Positions 60,601 through 64,000 of a DNA stretch of 64,000 nucleotides are shown here, one piece after another; within the stretch, counting starts at the first letter, position 1; every line of letters begins with the position of its first letter. The DNA lies in NCBI GenBank assembly GCA_023205875.1, contig CP060754.1:558001-622000 (forward strand), written 5' to 3'. The notes below the pieces were generated by a model. That model had not been told where the DNA came from and made no database searches. It worked only from the letters and a program-made list of their open reading frames with translations. The stretch comes from Chloropicon primus. Its lineage: Eukaryota. The translations under genes and the position numbers were made by a program.

Positions 60601-63600
60601 AAGATGCCTCAGTATCATCCATGGGAGAGATTGCCAGAAGAGGGATGGTGTTGAAGAAGGGGGATACATGTCTGATGGACCTCAGTGCCACATTTACGGA
60701 GATCTTTGCACACGTTACAAGCATGCCCGACCCGTTTGCACATGTCCGAATGCTGCAAATATCGTCCTCACCACCACCAAAGCCAAAGAGCAAGACTAGC
60801 ATGGGGACAATTGGAACACCAGAATCCAATTGCAGCATCTATGGAGACATTCATATTGGCATTGAAAGGTTGGAAGGAAAGTACGGTGTGGCAATGGAGC
60901 CTTACTTTGCTTATGCCGGCCGAGCCTTGAGGAGGCTCTCGCCATCAGGGGATTGCAGCGAGAAGAAGGAAAAGGGGCACGTTTTTGAGCATTTGCACGA
61001 CACCCTCTATGAGCACTTTCACTTGTCTGTGGCAAGTGTCAATGCCGTGCTTTTAGCAGAGACGGACCTCCCTGAAGACATGACAAATGCAGATCGCTAC
61101 AATGTCGCCTTTGATGATTTTGAGCTTGGGTTGGCACAAAGCACTTGCACTGTTGCGTGCAAGAACTTTGTGGTGGATTCAGCGTACAAGATTCACAGAG
61201 GAAATGCTCTGAGCTCCTCTGTCCAATACGAGTACATTCCGATACTCAAGTCCCCCGCGTTTGGATTTTCTATCACTCTTGACTTGAAAGATGACCGTGG
61301 TGCAATGGATGAGGCGCCGACAGGCATGATCTTTGTTTCGATCAATTTCATGAAGGGTGTCTCCACGACTTCTCCCGTAGTGTTCGCAGGGGAAAGACAA
61401 GTGAAGTGCTTAGCGCACATCATATGCTTGCTCAAGGATCCTCCAGACGCATTGAGAGATTCTTTTCAGCGAAAGCCTTACGGATGCACGGAGGAGACGG
61501 AAGCTCACAAATTTGTCAAGAAACTCAAAGGGCTCGAGTTCGAAGTCACAAGTGACCCCCTTCAAATACGATTTTGGGATCCCCTGCCCAATGCTGAGGA
61601 CCACGTCGCAACTCTGGACGTCCAGGATTACCTGCTGGCAATGAGCTTCGTTTACACAGACCTGAGGATGAAAGTGGCGAACGCCAAAGTGCGACGCGTG
61701 CCAAAGTTGAAGGAAATAGACATTAGAGGGAATGATCTTATATTCAACCTGAAGGAGAGCGCTGACGGAGGAGAGGAGAGGACCAGCGAAACTAGTGGAT
61801 TGGTTGAGAAGGAATTAGAAGACAAGATCGCAAAACTTTTGGGGAATGCAAAACATCTAGATTCCTTCAAAGACAAGGAGTCCCTTGTTCTGAGAATCGA
61901 AAGCATGACAGTCTCCCAAAGAAGGAAAGAGGGCAACTTACTTGAGAGAGCGCCTTTCAAGATTGAAATCCACAAGCCAAGAGGTCTGATCAATACTTTC
62001 AAAAGGGACGCTCTCTATACGTGTATACAGGCGGTCGCCAGCGGAATAAATGACGTGCTGAATGAACATGAAGGGGAAGACGAAAGAATGGAAGAAGCAT
62101 GTGTGGTGCCTAAACGGGTTACTTTGCCGGAGAAAGAAGTCGATGGCAAGTCGACCACTGGGGCTGAGGAGCAAGATCTCCTGAGTCTTCTCTTGGAGAA
62201 AGATGAAAAGCAGATCATCTCGTCAAGCAATGCCGGAACCGCTGACGATGGCAAAATGGATTTGAACTTTGTGATCGAAGCCATTCAGCCCCAGTTCAAC
62301 ATGGAATCGGAGGGTGCAAATGGTCGATTCCTCTTGTCTGCAGAGAAAGCGATCGTGAAAGGCTACAAGGGTTTTGTCGACGGGGTCTGCTTCCAGCAGA
62401 AGAGTGAGATTGCCTTGCAATCGATTCAGATGCACATCTGTCAATTGGATGTCGACCCCAATGCCAAGGTTCAATGGCTGGATGCAGGCCAAGTGAAGTC
62501 CGGGACTCTAGTGTCAGCCAACGAGTCTTTGCTGCACTCTGTCTTTGATCCGTGCTCGATTTCTTTGAATTTGTTTCAGAGAGGTCAGTATTTCGAGATC
62601 GACATTGATTTGGCCTCCCTAACCCTCGCGCTTGATTCCAGGGAGTTTCAAATTACTTCTGACGTGGTGAGCAGGATTGCCCTTTCCCCCTTCCCAAAGA
62701 TGTCGGAAAAGGTAAGCTTGTCCCTGCTTGGCTCCGACATGCTACAGATCACGAAACTGGGCATGTTCGCCTCACCAGAGCAACTGGATAGTTTCCAATC
62801 TTTGAATAGAGCAGCCTACGAGGATCTGCAGAACATCGTGTACGCCCAGCAAATCTCAAAACGAGCTGTGGAAGAAGTGATTGAAAAGCCGGGAATCCGG
62901 TGCCCAGATGCCTCGTACTTGAAGGAGAGGTTGGGCGAAAACATGAGGTACACTTTGCAGGAGAAGAAGGACCTTGTGAAGACATTGCTGCAGGCCGAGA
63001 AAAAGGCTAAAGCCTTGTCCAGCACAAACCACAAGCACACGAAGGTTTCTTTGAAGGTCAACGAGGTGAAGTGGTCTCTCTGCAAAGACAGAAAGGTCTT
63101 TATGGAGGCGACCTTGAAGAAGGTCAACTTCTCGAGGGTCCGTTACGAGGACTTTTCTGGAATAACAAGATTTCAGATCGGGGATGTCACCTGCGTCGCA
63201 AGCATTTTGGACGAGAAAGAAAACGTGAACACGTACGAGGTCCTCAGAAATTGGCAGATCAAGGAGTACGACTCTGTCCCTTTCATCCACATCTACATGG
63301 TCGCCAACGGGGAGAGCAATGGGTTGTCCTCCTTTGAGCTTTGTGACATCACCATGCATCCGATTGAAATATCCATGGCGCAAAAGACGGCCTCGGAGAT
63401 TCAAAAGTACTTTTTCCACAAGACCCTTAGCCCTGAGGAGAGGCAAAAGTTGTGGTCCCACGTCAGCAGCAGCTCTCCAGCGCCCCCAAGGAAAAGTGCG
63501 AACTTGGCCGAGAAGCCAGGGAAAGATGAATCGGGAGAGCAAAGCCCGGGGAGCTCTAGTCGGAGCCACCACAAGTCAACCCGCTCTCTGGATCTCAGTG

Positions 63601-64000
63601 CCCGCTCCATGGAGTCCGCGCTGTCTTCCCAATCCCAGGAGGTGTCCCACGTCCGAGCAAAATCGTTCGCGATGAGCGCGACGGACTACCTGCTCGAGGA
63701 CGAGGACATGGACGAGAACTTGTCTATGCTTGATCTCCTGAATGGGGGCTTCCCCCTGTCCCCATCGGACAGGAAGCTCATCCGCCAGGACAGCATGAAG
63801 CAGGAAAGGGGAATCCTCCTGAACAAAGTCAGGTTCAACGAGTTGGGCATCAAAGTCAGTTTCGAGAGCATCGTCCTGAACGTTTCGGACATGAAGGTGT
63901 ATCTGGACACCTTCAACTATCTTTACTACAAGGGGACGTGGAAGGACTTGCTGGACAAGGTGAAGTGGAACATCGTCAAATCGGTGGTCAAGAATGTAGC
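57654..64000 (+). CDS. SABRE: SABRE/KIP/hobbit (BLTP2/KIAA0100/FMP27) bridge-like lipid transfer protein; 3' end lies outside the window
   Basis: Frame starting ATG TGG GTG CCG at 57654 has an N-terminal TM (WAWVCVAYVVVVLCL) and is in phase with the window end. Motifs FVIEAIQPQFNMESEGANGRFLL, DVDPNAKVQWL and Apt1-like VSDMKVYLDTF..YKGTWKDLLDKVKWNIVKSV. Confidence 0.85.
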   Translation, partial: MWVPSSGAQWAWVCVAYVVVVLCLKRLGAKLLAGLLTRDNLVVNIKVVSLAKLKSVDLKIRTKAFNVRVLASEVAVDRVRLIQAVSEVFVWVFRGFSFNIPIRVSGLVVTLDKIDAVPDDAASVVGGRTKGKQHVLYQYFKLYLSRVAVFVLCLFRVDVDSFRVNLSRGDVKIEFNMENTCMKSQKRSPSLSMKSLSARASLHLKDSGAADLVLCESQLEDLSVKASGLEILDSGLKYHRVDVDMKEALAAHTSQLELLVPLVETSSGPGQNEMSTQASTLMAYAPKRVNVTVSNIRVHTLEDKTSHPWYGFEVSTLSIALTHRTRHDQSFPSFKAFRYTWQLQVKSDQFEGRLVHNGHEIAEVLSKDIKSVTTSTKTKKLVQNVIVNVESIKTRVKPVREDTIAFITTRVQEYQLGRAQVARAKGGDAIPRTDDLLGLQIAINNVSSYFDSQGKESLVTSLPNLSVNLQKKPEGFFSHIDCRDLGVSLSKEGKRFTNSKLSAIRNQDIVVLGNLRMSSELTQGDSGSPVFDLDANIVGCEVQLASQYLLVADIINQHGSPIIAGGALKVNEGVKDPKSSVIANVRVECSKIALHFSPVGGEENEVELFETKSTEQGLLCRVDFFSFSSMQGETSNLHVKKLTLCKSANFESLDDSSGVFLYLTTIEDLTLTISRVVRGSGDFQHVLKVWCSRLKVESDCESSMFLLQLSERASKDFDRMRRLPLVVQLPRESREPVKPLFDIQTHRLDVVFKESRKDIRVSVRSLVVRDEKHFESKYVSLFVLDKEVLKLKGVRLGVKPTAEDTLQITLRINLASGRLPDKLEVGEVFNGHISSFSVLEKEIKKRAGVHLGGNVEIDPKVERNYNLIVNLNEWEIEVEHSQFETWLSSHKSLLYECNLGMHLVKETSQGDISVFDYFSPSKNEERLSDEPSQNRSNEYLCKKLIRSYVKACGQIGSKRKFFKNALSLSGKGTMLRLHACQSEDASVSSMGEIARRGMVLKKGDTCLMDLSATFTEIFAHVTSMPDPFAHVRMLQISSSPPPKPKSKTSMGTIGTPESNCSIYGDIHIGIERLEGKYGVAMEPYFAYAGRALRRLSPSGDCSEKKEKGHVFEHLHDTLYEHFHLSVASVNAVLLAETDLPEDMTNADRYNVAFDDFELGLAQSTCTVACKNFVVDSAYKIHRGNALSSSVQYEYIPILKSPAFGFSITLDLKDDRGAMDEAPTGMIFVSINFMKGVSTTSPVVFAGERQVKCLAHIICLLKDPPDALRDSFQRKPYGCTEETEAHKFVKKLKGLEFEVTSDPLQIRFWDPLPNAEDHVATLDVQDYLLAMSFVYTDLRMKVANAKVRRVPKLKEIDIRGNDLIFNLKESADGGEERTSETSGLVEKELEDKIAKLLGNAKHLDSFKDKESLVLRIESMTVSQRRKEGNLLERAPFKIEIHKPRGLINTFKRDALYTCIQAVASGINDVLNEHEGEDERMEEACVVPKRVTLPEKEVDGKSTTGAEEQDLLSLLLEKDEKQIISSSNAGTADDGKMDLNFVIEAIQPQFNMESEGANGRFLLSAEKAIVKGYKGFVDGVCFQQKSEIALQSIQMHICQLDVDPNAKVQWLDAGQVKSGTLVSANESLLHSVFDPCSISLNLFQRGQYFEIDIDLASLTLALDSREFQITSDVVSRIALSPFPKMSEKVSLSLLGSDMLQITKLGMFASPEQLDSFQSLNRAAYEDLQNIVYAQQISKRAVEEVIEKPGIRCPDASYLKERLGENMRYTLQEKKDLVKTLLQAEKKAKALSSTNHKHTKVSLKVNEVKWSLCKDRKVFMEATLKKVNFSRVRYEDFSGITRFQIGDVTCVASILDEKENVNTYEVLRNWQIKEYDSVPFIHIYMVANGESNGLSSFELCDITMHPIEISMAQKTASEIQKYFFHKTLSPEERQKLWSHVSSSSPAPPRKSANLAEKPGKDESGEQSPGSSSRSHHKSTRSLDLSARSMESALSSQSQEVSHVRAKSFAMSATDYLLEDEDMDENLSMLDLLNGGFPLSPSDRKLIRQDSMKQERGILLNKVRFNELGIKVSFESIVLNVSDMKVYLDTFNYLYYKGTWKDLLDKVKWNIVKSVVKNV

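Noticed and set aside
58000..63400. Lower-GC stretch with only short ORFs, suggestive of a foreign island or non-coding DNA
   Set aside because: Explained by the long + strand SABRE/BLTP2 frame; no flanking repeats or mobility genes seen.

Overview
Gene-dense eukaryotic nuclear DNA: GC-rich, about 40 protein-coding genes in 64 kb, short GT-AG introns with a near-invariant CTGAC branch point, and TGTAA signals behind many stop codons. These traits, plus plastid-type genes (DEG1, CMT1/PAM71-HL) and bifunctional DHFR-TS, point to a compact chlorophyte picoalga; a Chloropicon-like prasinophyte is my inference, not a database match. Most genes are housekeeping: mitochondrial ATP synthase gamma, CKS1, Sec61-beta, AP-2 sigma, ARPC3, POP1, ClpP, SURF6, FIE/EED, XAP5, ATX1, HSP90, UTP14 and DNMT2. 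A >2,100-aa SABRE/BLTP2 gene runs off the right edge and is absent from the ORF track. The standouts are (1) a single-ORF CobS-CobT fusion, a candidate vitamin-B12 lower-ligand remodelling enzyme; (2) a 1,627-aa EF-hand + ankyrin + anoctamin protein with an altered intramembrane Ca2+ site and an unexplained three-copy C-terminal repeat; (3) an ING-N + SGF29-Tudor chimera; (4) a tandem CEP164-type WW protein; and (5) a di-ubiquitin-like protein. I recognised no rRNA, tRNA, CRISPR array or transposon. All family calls come from motif recognition by eye, without database searches. Exon structures were reconstructed manually.
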